The translations under genes and the position numbers were made by a program. Positions 18,322 through 28,490 of a DNA stretch of 64,000 nt are shown in pieces. The notes under the pieces are model-generated. The model saw only the letters and a program-made list of their open reading frames with translations. It searched no databases and was not told where the DNA came from. Each line of letters opens with the position of its first letter. The stretch's first letter is position 1. The DNA comes from a virus (taxonomy: Duplodnaviria > Caudoviricetes): the IMG/VR virus record IMGVR_UViG_2904399447_000014, positions 1-64,000 of that record. One strand, given 5' to 3'.

Positions 18322-18956
18322 TAGAATACCTCGTCAATCAAAGACCAAATTTCGACTTTCGCTTTTTCATTGCCGGTTTCCAGCACCGATTTACCTTCAG
18401 CCATAACATCGCGATAAACCTTGCGGAAACAACTTTTTGAGTTCAATGGCTTGAGCTGGTCGAACTCTGCAACGTATTCCAGAAATTCGTTGCGCTCAGT
18501 CCCAGCTAAAATTACGTTCGTTGAGGCAATGCTTTGATAGCAATACGCCTTCAGTTCCGGGTTTAAGTCACGAACTTGGATTAACTGCTCTTGCAACTCA
18601 AGCATTGTGTCCAGATCCAGCTGTGAACACTGATGCGGTGCAATTAGCTGATGTGCCACGGTACATGCCGTGATCAGTTCCCGACTGTTACGCCCGGCCA
18701 CATCCACTATGACGTGTTTGTATTTCTCGTCCAGGCTTCGCAGCGTTGCCGCGATGTTTCCTGTTTTCTGTATTAGGGTAATAAATGGCTGAAGGCCAGA
18801 TGATTCACGCTCAGCATTCCAACGCGACGCCGAGAGCTGTATATCAGCATCCACCAGCACAACCTCTTCACCACGTAATGCAAGCCCCACCGCTATGTTT
18901 ACGGCCGTGGTAGTTTTCGAACATCCACCCTTGTTTGCGCCAACGACAGTGATCAT
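18321..18956 (-). CDS. parA: Short ParA (type Ib, ParF/delta-like) ATPase
   Basis: Deviant Walker A NKGGCSKTT, VDADIQ and VDVAG motifs; no N-terminal HTH. Confidence 0.93.
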   Translation of the reverse strand: MITVVGANKGGCSKTTTAVNIAVGLALRGEEVVLVDADIQLSASRWNAERESSGLQPFITLIQKTGNIAATLRSLDEKYKHVIVDVAGRNSRELITACTVAHQLIAPHQCSQLDLDTMLELQEQLIQVRDLNPELKAYCYQSIASTNVILAGTERNEFLEYVAEFDQLKPLNSKSCFRKVYRDVMAEGKSVLETGNEKAKVEIWSLIDEVF

Positions 18957-18967
18957 GCGAACCCTCG

Positions 18968-19030
18968 ATATAACTTAATAATTTATACGTATGAGTTAAC
19001 ACTTATGAATTCATACGTATGAAATATGAA
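18968..19030. repeat. Heptad array B in parA leader
   Basis: TATGA or TCATA at 18990, 19004, 19011, 19018, 19025 in exact 7-bp register. Confidence 0.85.
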
Positions 19031-19085
19031 CTGCGTGTCACTCTATAATTTGACTGATTATTATCCCAATAAATCAGAATGTAAA

Positions 19086-19134
19086 GTCATAATTTATATT
19101 TATAACTTATGAAGTATGATTTCATATTTAATAA
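19086..19134. repeat. Heptad array C upstream of parA promoter
   Basis: GTCATAA-TTTATAT-TTATAAC-TTATGAA-GTATGAT-TTCATAT-TTAATAA. Confidence 0.8.
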
Positions 19135-19146
19135 TTGAGCATTAAA

Positions 19147-19165
19147 AAGGGCGCATTGCGCCCTT
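19147..19165 (-). terminator. Intrinsic terminator insulating the par operon
   Basis: AAGGGCGCA-A-TGCGCCCTT followed by TTT on the minus strand. Confidence 0.6.
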
Positions 19166-19195
19166 ACCTTCAGTGGTTCCTTAGTTAGAACACGC

Positions 19196-19579
19196 TCAGT
19201 GCTCACTGACCGGACTTGGAATGCTTGCCAGCATTGCAGCGCGGCAGGCGTTCCAAACCTCGGCGGCGATATCTCGCTCACTCTCGGTCATTTTGTAGGT
19301 AGAAACATAACCGGATAACGCCTCTACATTTTCCGCTGTCGCCTCATCCGGAACTGCTGGCGCTGGCGACTCTCGGCGTATCGAGGCCTTAAGCTGGAGG
19401 TCTTTATCTTCCAGCGCCTGCTCAGACCCAGTTAGCATTGAGTCGAGAGTCTCTAGCGCTTCCAGCAGAGCCAGTACGACGGCGGGGGTAGCAGCAGCGA
19501 TGAATATCGCATCTTGTCCCGGAGTTGCGGCAAGTGCGGCAATTGCGGCCGCTTTCAGCTCTTCCAGTTGCTTATTCAT
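19196..19579 (-). CDS. Ead/Ea22-like protein
   Basis: LKAAA..ATPG..FIAAATPAVVLALLEALE N-terminus and VPDE..WNACRAAML C-terminal module. Confidence 0.75.
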   Translation of the reverse strand: MNKQLEELKAAAIAALAATPGQDAIFIAAATPAVVLALLEALETLDSMLTGSEQALEDKDLQLKASIRRESPAPAVPDEATAENVEALSGYVSTYKMTESERDIAAEVWNACRAAMLASIPSPVSEH

Positions 19580-19680
19580 TATGCACGCTCCTTCATGATT
19601 TCAGCCTTCTGCTCGGCGGTGAGGATGCCAACCGTTGCCGGGGCATCAAATATGAAAGCGCCCATACGGGCGCTAAATGG

Positions 19681-19881
19681 TTAGAGTGGGCTGTGTTCGG
19701 AAGGGTCGATAACGCCTTCAGCCTCGATGATTTCCCCGGCCAACCGCGCCAAGCGAAACCGCTCTTGCTCGCTAAATTCTGGGTGTTCTTTCAGAATTTT
19801 TTGATACTGAGCAAACTGCTTCGCACCTGTTAATTTTTTAGCGATCTGCGAAGCCAATTTACGAAATTTTCCGTATTCCAT
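19681..19881 (-). CDS. Hypothetical protein
   Basis: GGAGG RBS; operon context. Confidence 0.6.
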   Translation of the reverse strand: MEYGKFRKLASQIAKKLTGAKQFAQYQKILKEHPEFSEQERFRLARLAGEIIEAEGVIDPSEHSPL

Positions 19882-19892
19882 TGGTACCTCCT

Positions 19893-20240
19893 TTACCAGT
19901 CAAACAGTGGCAGGCCGTCGACCGTTGCTGCACCAACATCAAAATTGATAGCATCGAACCCTGCTTCCATGAGCACAGTGATTGTGGCTATGGTCGGCTC
20001 GCTAATCCCACAGTGAGTAAGCACCTCAGCCCAATCTTCATCTTCGCGCGGGAGAACGATCCAGCCTGAGCCAGTGCAAACCAGCCAATTTAGACCCTCT
20101 TCATCCTGTTCATCCCAGCTCAAAGTCGGGAGCACCTCAGAATCACACTCTGGAACGTGGGCGGTACTGATCACAGCCATCTTGACGCTTGGAACCTTGG
20201 CCGCCAGCTTGGCTAACTCTGTCATATTGAATTTGCTCAT
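19893..20240 (-). CDS. DUF5983-like protein
   Basis: ISTAHV..GW..AGFDAINFDVGA..LPLFDW signature; start MSKFNM. Confidence 0.6.
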   Translation of the reverse strand: MSKFNMTELAKLAAKVPSVKMAVISTAHVPECDSEVLPTLSWDEQDEEGLNWLVCTGSGWIVLPREDEDWAEVLTHCGISEPTIATITVLMEAGFDAINFDVGAATVDGLPLFDW

Positions 20241-20280
20241 GATATTTCTCGAAATGTTCTGCCCGGAGGCATGAAAGGAG

Positions 20281-20475
20281 TTATTTTTTGAGTAGCAGAA
20301 GCATTTCTTCCGCAGCGACGGCGGTGAGTAACTCCTCGTACTGTTCCTGTGCATCAGTCAGTGCCGCACTGTCATCAACATCGCCCTTGGCGTATTGCGC
20401 TTTAGCGTCAACCAGCGTTTTTGCCGCATTCACAATGCGTGCTCGAGTATTTTCTACGGTTCGCACTTTGTTCAT
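20281..20475 (-). CDS. Hypothetical helical protein
   Basis: AGAGG RBS before MNKVRT. Confidence 0.6.
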   Translation of the reverse strand: MNKVRTVENTRARIVNAAKTLVDAKAQYAKGDVDDSAALTDAQEQYEELLTAVAAEEMLLLLKK

Positions 20476-20520
20476 TGTTGAAACCTCTGTTGAAAGCCCC
20501 GGCAAGCCGGGGCGTCGTGG

Positions 20521-20700
20521 TTAACGGGTGGCAAACACGTAGACGGCATTAAGCACGGTCATCACACCGATGGTACCGAGCGCCATACCAAGAAACTGAA
20601 GCAGTTTTGGAACAGAAGAGGTGGAAGGTTTTGCCGCTGAGCGACTTGCAGGGCGGGCGTTGACAAAATCCACCAGCGTAGACACTTGATTCTTAGCCAT
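20521..20700 (-). CDS. 59-aa C-terminal single-TM protein (not in ORF track)
   Basis: MAKNQVSTLVDFVNARPASRSAAKPSTSSVPKLLQFLGMALGTIGVMTVLNAVYVFATR, followed by a hairpin at about 20496-20513. Confidence 0.65.
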   Translation of the reverse strand: MAKNQVSTLVDFVNARPASRSAAKPSTSSVPKLLQFLGMALGTIGVMTVLNAVYVFATR

Positions 20701-20762
20701 GATATATTCTCGTCGTTAGGTAAAACGGGGTTGGAAATTTCGTCGATTGACAACCCCTCATT

Positions 20763-20788
20763 GAAACCCGCTTCGGCGGGTTTTTTTG
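20763..20788. terminator. Intrinsic terminator
   Basis: AAACCCGC-TTCG-GCGGGTTTTTTT. Confidence 0.7.
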
Positions 20789-20918
20789 TGCCTGTTTTCC
20801 GGCACACGACAACTATACATTTATTGATTAGTTTAACGCAACATAAAATCATGTTTTTGCAATCACTGATAACTTAAACTTTTTGTTATTCATGAATATA
20901 ATCATAAAAAAAGAGAGC

Positions 20919-21191
20919 CTAAGCTCTCTTGTTATTCCCTTTATGGGTGACTTCTATCTGCCTGATGTTATCCGGCAACGAACGGTTCCATCCCTCCCGC
21001 GAGTAATGCCTCACACCTTTGGCTGGTTCGCCAGTGCTCAAATCCGAGACAGTGCCCCAACATTCAGGATCAGCCTTGCTTGTAAGCCGCATCATGCGGC
21101 TCATCTGCCGGTGATCGATTGTCAGCTCGTATCCCATGCTTTCAGCCATAGATACCAGCTCTAGCCATGTATACCAGCGCCTTTCTCTCAC
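20919..21191 (-). CDS. lxc: Lxc (Bof)-like C1 co-repressor
   Basis: Follows ulx-darB as in P1; GVRHYSREGW..PDN resembles P1 GVRDRAFEEW..IDN. Confidence 0.55.
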   Translation of the reverse strand: MRERRWYTWLELVSMAESMGYELTIDHRQMSRMMRLTSKADPECWGTVSDLSTGEPAKGVRHYSREGWNRSLPDNIRQIEVTHKGNNKRA

Positions 21192-21640
21192 GCTAAAACC
21201 CCTCTCAAAGCGATCAGCTTTTCCATCTGATCATCGTCGCAATAATAAATATATGGCTCGGTATCATCAGCATCAGCATGCACGGCCAGTTCATGCTGTG
21301 GTGCATACATTAAACCGAATTCGATGCGTTCCGCGCTATATAGGTGAGCAGCAACAAGGGAGAGTGCTGGCCGAGAAAGACCATAGATAGCTCTAACATC
21401 CTGGGCCACCTGATCCCCGAACAAGTCCGAGCCAAAACCATCAATCAATAAAGTTTTTACCGTAGGCCACCACGGCCCAAAGGTACGATATTGGGCCGGA
21501 TTGGCCTTCAGGCACGACGAAAGGCCAGTAAGGTATGCTGAGGTGTACTCAAGCTCGCTACGGCCATTGAGGGCTTGCTCATGCAGTATTTCTTCGATGT
21601 GGCTTTCTGATGGCTGCATAGTGTCGATCAATGTTGTCAT
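21188..21640 (-). CDS. ulx: Ulx (Dar antirestriction accessory)
   Basis: NPAQYRTFGPWWPTVKTLL and RPALSLVAAHLYS match P1 Ulx. Confidence 0.85.
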   Translation of the reverse strand: MTTLIDTMQPSESHIEEILHEQALNGRSELEYTSAYLTGLSSCLKANPAQYRTFGPWWPTVKTLLIDGFGSDLFGDQVAQDVRAIYGLSRPALSLVAAHLYSAERIEFGLMYAPQHELAVHADADDTEPYIYYCDDDQMEKLIALRGVLA

Positions 21641-21681
21641 TTTCGATTTGATATGCCCCCTCTCGGGGGCTTCTCCAGTAG

Positions 21682-24600
21682 TTAGCGATATTCAGCGATC
21701 ACTGCCATAACGTCTTTCAAATCATGCGTGGCAGGGATAATCCACCAGCTACCCATAAACTCCATCCCAGAGCGTTTCCCATTCAGGTACTTAGCTCCAA
21801 ATTCAGACTTGAGTTTATCCTTAGCCTGGTACAAAGCGCCACCTATCCCATCGCTATCCTGCAAACCATACGCACCATCAGCGGGGAAATCATAACGGTT
21901 AGTACCTTTCCCGCCGGTTAATGGCTGGGTATTTTTTCGGACAGTAATGCTATCCATGCTGGTGGTCGCTTCGGATACTGTCTCATCGGCTTTCACACGC
22001 TGTGTCTTCTCAGCTTCTACGCGGTCGGCCTCTGCCTTAGCCTCTTCTTCGGTTATCAGGCCTGCACGCAATTTTAGTCCCGCCAGGAACGCAGTATTGT
22101 CGCTGTTAGCTGCGCTGAAGGCTGAGTCAATCCTTTTGGTCGTTTCACCGATCATCGAGCTGTCATAAAAAGCGGATTCGGTGATGCTCTCCTTGTCGAT
22201 CAGCCCCATGATGACCGCGTGCGCATAGAACTCATCCAGATTATACGCATCGTAGTTAATGACCCCGAAAGACGATGATTTATACATGGGCGATAACAAT
22301 AGAGCCGTAGCCCTAAATTCTTTGGCCTTCTCGTAAACCACACTCACAGGTAGCGCCAGATTATCGCCATATCGCAACCAGGCTGCGTGCGCGATACGCT
22401 TCGCTTGCTGGACAACATTTTCATGATGCTCGGCGGTTTTCTGCCTGGTGGCAGCAGAAAGCACAGGCTGGAAGTCCTCGGTGTTTCGGTACTCGCTAGG
22501 GATATAGCTTGCTTTGAACGGAGGGATTACATTGCTTATGTACTGCGTGGCATCGTATTTCCCGGTAAGCAGGTATTCGCTGTACTGCGACACTTGACTA
22601 CCGTCAAATTTCCGATTTTTGAGGTCGGTTTTCTCAATCGAACGTGCAACATACGCAGCAACAATCTCATCAATAGCCGCTGGACTTGCGATCTCCCCGT
22701 ATTTATTAACCTCGCTACGCCACTCTCGGCCAAATAGGCCAATAAGAAATGGTTCAATCCCTCTCACATTCCGATCAGAGCGGCACCACTTTGCCATCGC
22801 AGTTTTAAGCGTATCGTCCTGAGTATCCGGGTACACCACGTTCGCCGCATTTTGGGTTAGCCATTCCATGCCTTCACTAGTGATGAGCGGATTAGGGGAA
22901 TAGGAGCGTGTTATCCGCAAATCATAAGCATCCAGTTCACCTGCATCATTGCGATATACCACCCTCGTATCGCTCAGAATCAGCCAGCCATTCCCCAGGT
23001 ATCGCTCAAACTCGCCCTTAGTCATCTGTTCTTCTACAGAATGCGTATAGCGCCCTGGTGCGGCCCAAGCTCGAAGAGTGGCCTCGGATTCCGGCACATC
23101 GCTGTCTTCTCCCAAGTCGGCCAGGACAACTGTCTTACCGCTCTCCAAAGAACCTCCTTTGTTATCCTCAAAGAAAATAACATCGGCGAGGCCTGAGCCA
23201 ATGTCTATATCGATCGACCGAAGTCGCACATAGCTCCCGCTACCCGGTTTCAATCGATAGATACCGCCACGCTTGATCATCCGCCCTGATGCTGTCTGAA
23301 CGTAGCGATCACCATGTGTCAGAATATCGGTATCAATGTTCAGTAACCCTGCCTTGATTGCGCGTTCAATTTCAGGTGAGAGTTGCTTAATTCGGTCGGC
23401 CGCTTTCTGCATTCGTAAAGTAATTCGTTCAAGTCGTGTAACTTCACGCGTTTCCTTCTGTAATGATTTTTGTATGGCACTTACCCAATCTCGCGCATGT
23501 CGTTCCACGCCGGAATACTGCGAACTCATCCCCTTTTGCACATCATCACGCGCTGCCGCAAGTTTACGCTCGGCCTCTGCCTGACGCGAACGAGCACCGG
23601 CTAGTTGCGAGGCAATCGTAGTTGCGCTCTCTTTCTCGGCATGACTCATCTTGAGGTACTCCGCCAGATTAGCCTCAGCTCGCTGACGGGCTTTCTCTCT
23701 TGCAACGGCTTCGGCCTTCGAGCGGGCCTCAGCGACCATGCGAGCGTGATCTTCCGGGTTAGCAGCAAGCAACAGCCGCATTTCTTCCTGGTTATTGGCG
23801 TCCGCGTTTGCCATTCGCGCCTTATCCGAGGTGAGAATTTCGGTAATCCAGTCCTTTTTACGTTTCAGCGTATTGAGCCGGAATTCGTCAAACGAACCCT
23901 TACCACAGTAGTAATGGACTCGAACGGAACTGGCTTTTGAACCCACACGCGCACCACGACCGTTGCGCTGGTCGATGCTGGCAGGCGTCCACGGCAGAGT
24001 AAGATGGTGAACATCACTGGTGCCACGGTGAAGGTTGATCCCTACTTCGGCCTTTTTATTACAGATCAGGAACGGCGTGCGGCCTTCGTTGTAGTTCGCT
24101 GCGATTTGCTCCAACCCGCCAAGGGATACTTCCGTTTTTTTGGCGATATACTCGTCATACTCCTCTTTGGCCTGGTAGTAGTTCGCTAATTCTTCCTGAC
24201 TAGCGTCTTCTTTCGGTTCTTTTGGTTCTGCGACAGCTTTGGGTGACCTCCCTGTTTTCCCCGCCTCAGCGACGGTTGTCGCGTTGAGAATGCCGATCAT
24301 CGACAGGTCAATTCCGAGAGCATCAGCAATAATCCGCGCCAATTTGCCATGCTGCGTTTTTTCATCGGTAAATATGATCTGCTTGCCGGTTTTTACCCCT
24401 TCTTTCAGATTCTCGACCAGCGCACTGTATTTCGGCGGTACCGGATGCGATACATCGGATACCTGTAAGCCCGCTTTGCCCAAACGTTTCAACACCTCGC
24501 TTTCTGCTGCCTCCGACACAACAAGCTGAACGAAATCGCTGGTGGTTGTAACTTCCGGGGCAACCTTGATCCGTACAGACTTACCGCTATCGTCGTCCTC

Positions 24601-27600
24601 ATCGAGCTTACGACCGACATATTCCGGTAGCAGATCCACGAGCGCAGCCACGGCACTAGCTTTCCCTACAGGAAAGCGGAACGTCATTTGACGGTAGTAA
24701 AGGTCTGGGTCTATGCACACGCGATCCATATCGCGGATGATGGAGAAAATAGAATCACCTTCTTCTCCTTCATCTGGCTTTTCACCTTTAGAAAGCGCAT
24801 CGGCCCGCTGGCGTAACTCTTCGTAAATCTCGGCTTGCTTAGCGGTCATCGGCACCGGAACATTCCGTTCGTCCAGCTCGGGGATTTTTACCGTATCTGA
24901 TACATCTTTGGCCGTTTTAAGCGTTGTCCAACGGTGGAAAATACCACGCAGGCCGTCCAGGTTTTTAAAGCCCACCAGCCCCTGCTTACGTTCAATTTCG
25001 CCGGAAATCTTCTGAACAGTGACCTCTTCGGTTAAACCAAACGTTTTCACGAAGTCATCCGGCGTGAGAATGCCCATACGCTGCCATTCTTCACTGCTAA
25101 CGACATGGGATAGCATATTGAAGGCGTCGATCGGTGAGTTAACCAGCGGAGTTGCCGTCAGGAATACCGGGCCTCGACCACTATTCTTGCTGGTGGTAAA
25201 AGCCGTTTTCAACGCCATATCTCGTGCGGTTTTCGCCACGGCACCGGTGGGTAGGTAGGCCAACTGTGCAGCCTCACGGCCAGCAGCATAGCTGTTGCGA
25301 TAGTTATGCCCTTCATCAACTATGATGCTGTCAAAGTGCATATCTTCAAAGTACGGAAAGTCCTCTTTTTTGTCCGTACCGGTATCACTGGCACGAGCCA
25401 GTATTTTGTTGCGCTTCGCAGCATCGCGGTGCTTTCCACCGATCAGATCAACACGCCCCATTTGCGCTTCGGCAAACAGAACATCTCGAGCGTGCTCGTC
25501 TACGGTATCCTGGCGGAGTGGAATGGCAGCAAACTGCTCTTTGGTCAAAAGTACCGAGCGATAATTGGACATGGGGATCATGTTCATCCGCTCTTTTATT
25601 GTTTCTGGCGAGGCGAGTTTTACTGCGTTGCGGTAAACCTGTAGGCCGGTTTTGCTATTAATTACCGGTTCGCCGTTGTCATCAAGCACCGGTACCTGCT
25701 TGATAAAACCATCTTCCCCGCGTATCTCATCCAGGCCAACGAACAACATGTTATCGAGTGCAGGTTTACTGTAGAACTCCTGCGCTTCGTGATACCAGTT
25801 TTCAAGTACAGCTTTTGGCACAACAAAAGCGGTTCGCTTACTGCGGCCGTTCTCAAAGTTGTACGCTTCCAGGGCTAATCCCACGGTGGATTTACCCAGG
25901 CCCGTACCAAACGCAGTGATCCCTCGACCATCCTCGGATAACCGGCGCACTTCCGAGTTTTGATATCGGAACGGGATACGATCACCTGATATACCGCTCA
26001 GGTTTAGCGATTCCTCGCTATGGCTGTACGGGATAAAGGCATTGAATGAATCATTGTATTGCTGCACCAGTGCTGACAGTGAATCGTGGCGGCGTATCCA
26101 CTGATTAAAGTCGTCTTCCAACCCTCGGATCTGCCCCAGATATAGATCTGCATTAACGCCACGAGGTTTCACACCGTTAAGGTAGTTCTCAAACTGGTCA
26201 AGAAAACCATCGCTGTTGCGTACTCGCTTATAAACCCATTCTTCCTTACCCGTTTCCTTGTTTTTGGTGCGCACGGATTTATACCGGTAACCGGTAAATA
26301 TACCGTCGCCGCCGTGGTAGCCATCCTCAGATACCAGGTCGCCATTTTCTATCTGCACATTTTTGACGTATTTAACATCGCTGTACCCGCGTTCCTGTAA
26401 AAACTCCTGGATCACGCTTCGGTCAAACCAGCGGCTGTTGAGCGAGAAATCTATATCATCAGCATTCGTCCATTTCCGACGCGCCTTTATCTCGGCCAGC
26501 TGGCGATGATAGTTGTCCTTGATCGCTCCATCTGGCGTGCCATCCAGGGCACCTAATAACTGGCTATTCAACAGACCAATATCACCGCTGGTGGCCCTAT
26601 CCATCGGCATAAGCGTGCCGTCAGGTTGGACGGCGATCCCGTCTTTAGTTGCCAACAGGTTTAATAGCGCCGTGTCACTCGCCGGTAGGTCGCCAGTGAA
26701 TGCTTCTCGGAAGGAGTTTAGCTCGACCGGATCAAGATCAATCTGGTTAAACAAGTGGCGCAACACCTGCTCATGATCCGTGGCGTCGTAGGTTTTCAGA
26801 TTGCCCTTGTCCAAATCACCACGCAGCAGCGCGGATAATTCTCCCTCTTTCGTGACGCTGGCCTTGAAGGTAAGCCAGCCTGCGGCACCGTCGCCGGCGA
26901 CTTTAGCAGAACGTCCCTGGTGCGGATTTCCGTGGGCAGTGACCTCTTCGCCTACCAGGCGTTGCACATCGGCCAACTCACGATCAAGCGCCTCAGACTG
27001 CCAACCAGTAGCCATTTTTTCTTGCAACGTCTTAATCCGGGCGCCAATCAGCGATCCCCGCAACACCCGTTCCCGCAAGGCTGGTTTTTGCCGCATGGAA
27101 AAGGAAATGGCGAAGTGAAACTCCTTTGGGATCGCGTCTGGGAAGTTTTGCCAAACAGCCTCCAGCTGCGACGGCGTAAGTGATAACAACCCTTCAGCGT
27201 TATTGAGGCGCGTCACCAAGTCGCTGTAGCTCTTTCCGCCATACTTGCTCATGTCGATAGTGTCGTAGTTGGCCGAATCATCCACCAGCCACCGGCCACC
27301 TACAAACTCATACCAAACACCGGAAAAGAGTCGTTTTTCGCCTTCGTTTGCAGTAGCCGATTGTGGCTCATCCAGTGAAAGCAGCTCCCAATTAATGCGG
27401 CTGTCGAATTTCTTCGCCAGCGCGATTTTTATGGCCGCGCCGTCAACCATCCCATTAGCCTTAACAACCAGGCGAGAGAACTTATCCTTGCCGACCTTAG
27501 ACATTTCGCCGTGAATGTAACGCCGGCCATCAAGATCAAACCATTTCCCTTTAATGAACGTATCCCAAAGAACGTTAGCTTCACGCAGCACGTTCTCTTT

Positions 27601-28476
27601 TTCCTGCATTATGCGTTCGGTCATTTCCTGCGAATGCTTTCGTAGCACCCACACATCGACAACCGTCGCCGTTCCACTGTTTTCAAACGTGCCTGACGGT
27701 AGGCGGTGCGCCCCTAAGAATTCGGCTTTCCGGGATACTTTCTCTCTGAGTTTTGCTTCAGAAGTGTTATGCGTAAGGCCGTTCGGAACGATGAGGCAGA
27801 TAAGCCCACCGTATCGCACCTTATCGATCGGCCGTAACACAAAGTAGCCGGCTAAGGACTCATCTTTGTAAACCGTATCAAGTTCGGCGAATTTGCCACG
27901 GCTCTGGCCAAACGGCACATTGCCAACGCAGTGATCGAAGGTGTTATCTGGCGTACTACTTGCCAAGGACTCAAAAGCCCCAATATTCACGTTATCTTCA
28001 GGGTGAAGTAAGCGGTTTATCCGACCTGACGTGTCGCTAATTTCGGCAGACTGCATAATCACACCGGTGGGCTTCGTTTCTTGAAATACACCAGTGCCGG
28101 CCGCCGGTTCAAGCCCAATTCCACCAGCCACACCATATGCAGCCAAGAGATCCCAAATACCCTCGGCTACCGGCTGCGGAGTGTAATATTCGTACTCGCT
28201 ACCACCGATCCCGCCCTCGCCGGTGTACCCGGCCAACGTTTTTCGCTGTTCGTCCGTTAACTTGTCTCCGTCTTGAAGGCTGTTTAACAGCATCAGTGCT
28301 GCTTTGTTCGCGCTCTTTCGTTCGCGGTCAATACTCACTCCCTGGCGCTTATCTACGCCAAATGCGACTGGTTTGTACCGCATCCCCAGCGCGCGGATGA
28401 CACGGACAATCTGCCTGATCGTAGTAACAGGCTGGATCGCGGGAATAATTTCAGCGCGATTGTTTTCTGTGCTCAA
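21682..28476 (-). CDS. darB: DarB virion-packaged antirestriction protein (N6-MTase plus SNF2 helicase)
   Basis: GYTGEGGIGG, LEPAAGTG, GNVPFG, FGTGLGKS, IVDEGHNY, TATPLVNS, LPWTPASIDQRNGRGAR; likely TTG start at 28476 after GGAG (ORF is open to 28497). Confidence 0.96.
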   Translation of the reverse strand: MSTENNRAEIIPAIQPVTTIRQIVRVIRALGMRYKPVAFGVDKRQGVSIDRERKSANKAALMLLNSLQDGDKLTDEQRKTLAGYTGEGGIGGSEYEYYTPQPVAEGIWDLLAAYGVAGGIGLEPAAGTGVFQETKPTGVIMQSAEISDTSGRINRLLHPEDNVNIGAFESLASSTPDNTFDHCVGNVPFGQSRGKFAELDTVYKDESLAGYFVLRPIDKVRYGGLICLIVPNGLTHNTSEAKLREKVSRKAEFLGAHRLPSGTFENSGTATVVDVWVLRKHSQEMTERIMQEKENVLREANVLWDTFIKGKWFDLDGRRYIHGEMSKVGKDKFSRLVVKANGMVDGAAIKIALAKKFDSRINWELLSLDEPQSATANEGEKRLFSGVWYEFVGGRWLVDDSANYDTIDMSKYGGKSYSDLVTRLNNAEGLLSLTPSQLEAVWQNFPDAIPKEFHFAISFSMRQKPALRERVLRGSLIGARIKTLQEKMATGWQSEALDRELADVQRLVGEEVTAHGNPHQGRSAKVAGDGAAGWLTFKASVTKEGELSALLRGDLDKGNLKTYDATDHEQVLRHLFNQIDLDPVELNSFREAFTGDLPASDTALLNLLATKDGIAVQPDGTLMPMDRATSGDIGLLNSQLLGALDGTPDGAIKDNYHRQLAEIKARRKWTNADDIDFSLNSRWFDRSVIQEFLQERGYSDVKYVKNVQIENGDLVSEDGYHGGDGIFTGYRYKSVRTKNKETGKEEWVYKRVRNSDGFLDQFENYLNGVKPRGVNADLYLGQIRGLEDDFNQWIRRHDSLSALVQQYNDSFNAFIPYSHSEESLNLSGISGDRIPFRYQNSEVRRLSEDGRGITAFGTGLGKSTVGLALEAYNFENGRSKRTAFVVPKAVLENWYHEAQEFYSKPALDNMLFVGLDEIRGEDGFIKQVPVLDDNGEPVINSKTGLQVYRNAVKLASPETIKERMNMIPMSNYRSVLLTKEQFAAIPLRQDTVDEHARDVLFAEAQMGRVDLIGGKHRDAAKRNKILARASDTGTDKKEDFPYFEDMHFDSIIVDEGHNYRNSYAAGREAAQLAYLPTGAVAKTARDMALKTAFTTSKNSGRGPVFLTATPLVNSPIDAFNMLSHVVSSEEWQRMGILTPDDFVKTFGLTEEVTVQKISGEIERKQGLVGFKNLDGLRGIFHRWTTLKTAKDVSDTVKIPELDERNVPVPMTAKQAEIYEELRQRADALSKGEKPDEGEEGDSIFSIIRDMDRVCIDPDLYYRQMTFRFPVGKASAVAALVDLLPEYVGRKLDEDDDSGKSVRIKVAPEVTTTSDFVQLVVSEAAESEVLKRLGKAGLQVSDVSHPVPPKYSALVENLKEGVKTGKQIIFTDEKTQHGKLARIIADALGIDLSMIGILNATTVAEAGKTGRSPKAVAEPKEPKEDASQEELANYYQAKEEYDEYIAKKTEVSLGGLEQIAANYNEGRTPFLICNKKAEVGINLHRGTSDVHHLTLPWTPASIDQRNGRGARVGSKASSVRVHYYCGKGSFDEFRLNTLKRKKDWITEILTSDKARMANADANNQEEMRLLLAANPEDHARMVAEARSKAEAVAREKARQRAEANLAEYLKMSHAEKESATTIASQLAGARSRQAEAERKLAAARDDVQKGMSSQYSGVERHARDWVSAIQKSLQKETREVTRLERITLRMQKAADRIKQLSPEIERAIKAGLLNIDTDILTHGDRYVQTASGRMIKRGGIYRLKPGSGSYVRLRSIDIDIGSGLADVIFFEDNKGGSLESGKTVVLADLGEDSDVPESEATLRAWAAPGRYTHSVEEQMTKGEFERYLGNGWLILSDTRVVYRNDAGELDAYDLRITRSYSPNPLITSEGMEWLTQNAANVVYPDTQDDTLKTAMAKWCRSDRNVRGIEPFLIGLFGREWRSEVNKYGEIASPAAIDEIVAAYVARSIEKTDLKNRKFDGSQVSQYSEYLLTGKYDATQYISNVIPPFKASYIPSEYRNTEDFQPVLSAATRQKTAEHHENVVQQAKRIAHAAWLRYGDNLALPVSVVYEKAKEFRATALLLSPMYKSSSFGVINYDAYNLDEFYAHAVIMGLIDKESITESAFYDSSMIGETTKRIDSAFSAANSDNTAFLAGLKLRAGLITEEEAKAEADRVEAEKTQRVKADETVSEATTSMDSITVRKNTQPLTGGKGTNRYDFPADGAYGLQDSDGIGGALYQAKDKLKSEFGAKYLNGKRSGMEFMGSWWIIPATHDLKDVMAVIAEYR

Positions 28477-28490
28477 GCTGGCTCTCCAAA

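Noticed and set aside
19579-19680. 28-aa ORF MGAFIFDAPATVGILTAEQKAEIMKERA
   Set aside because: Start lies inside a GC hairpin that looks like a terminator, with no RBS; not supportable
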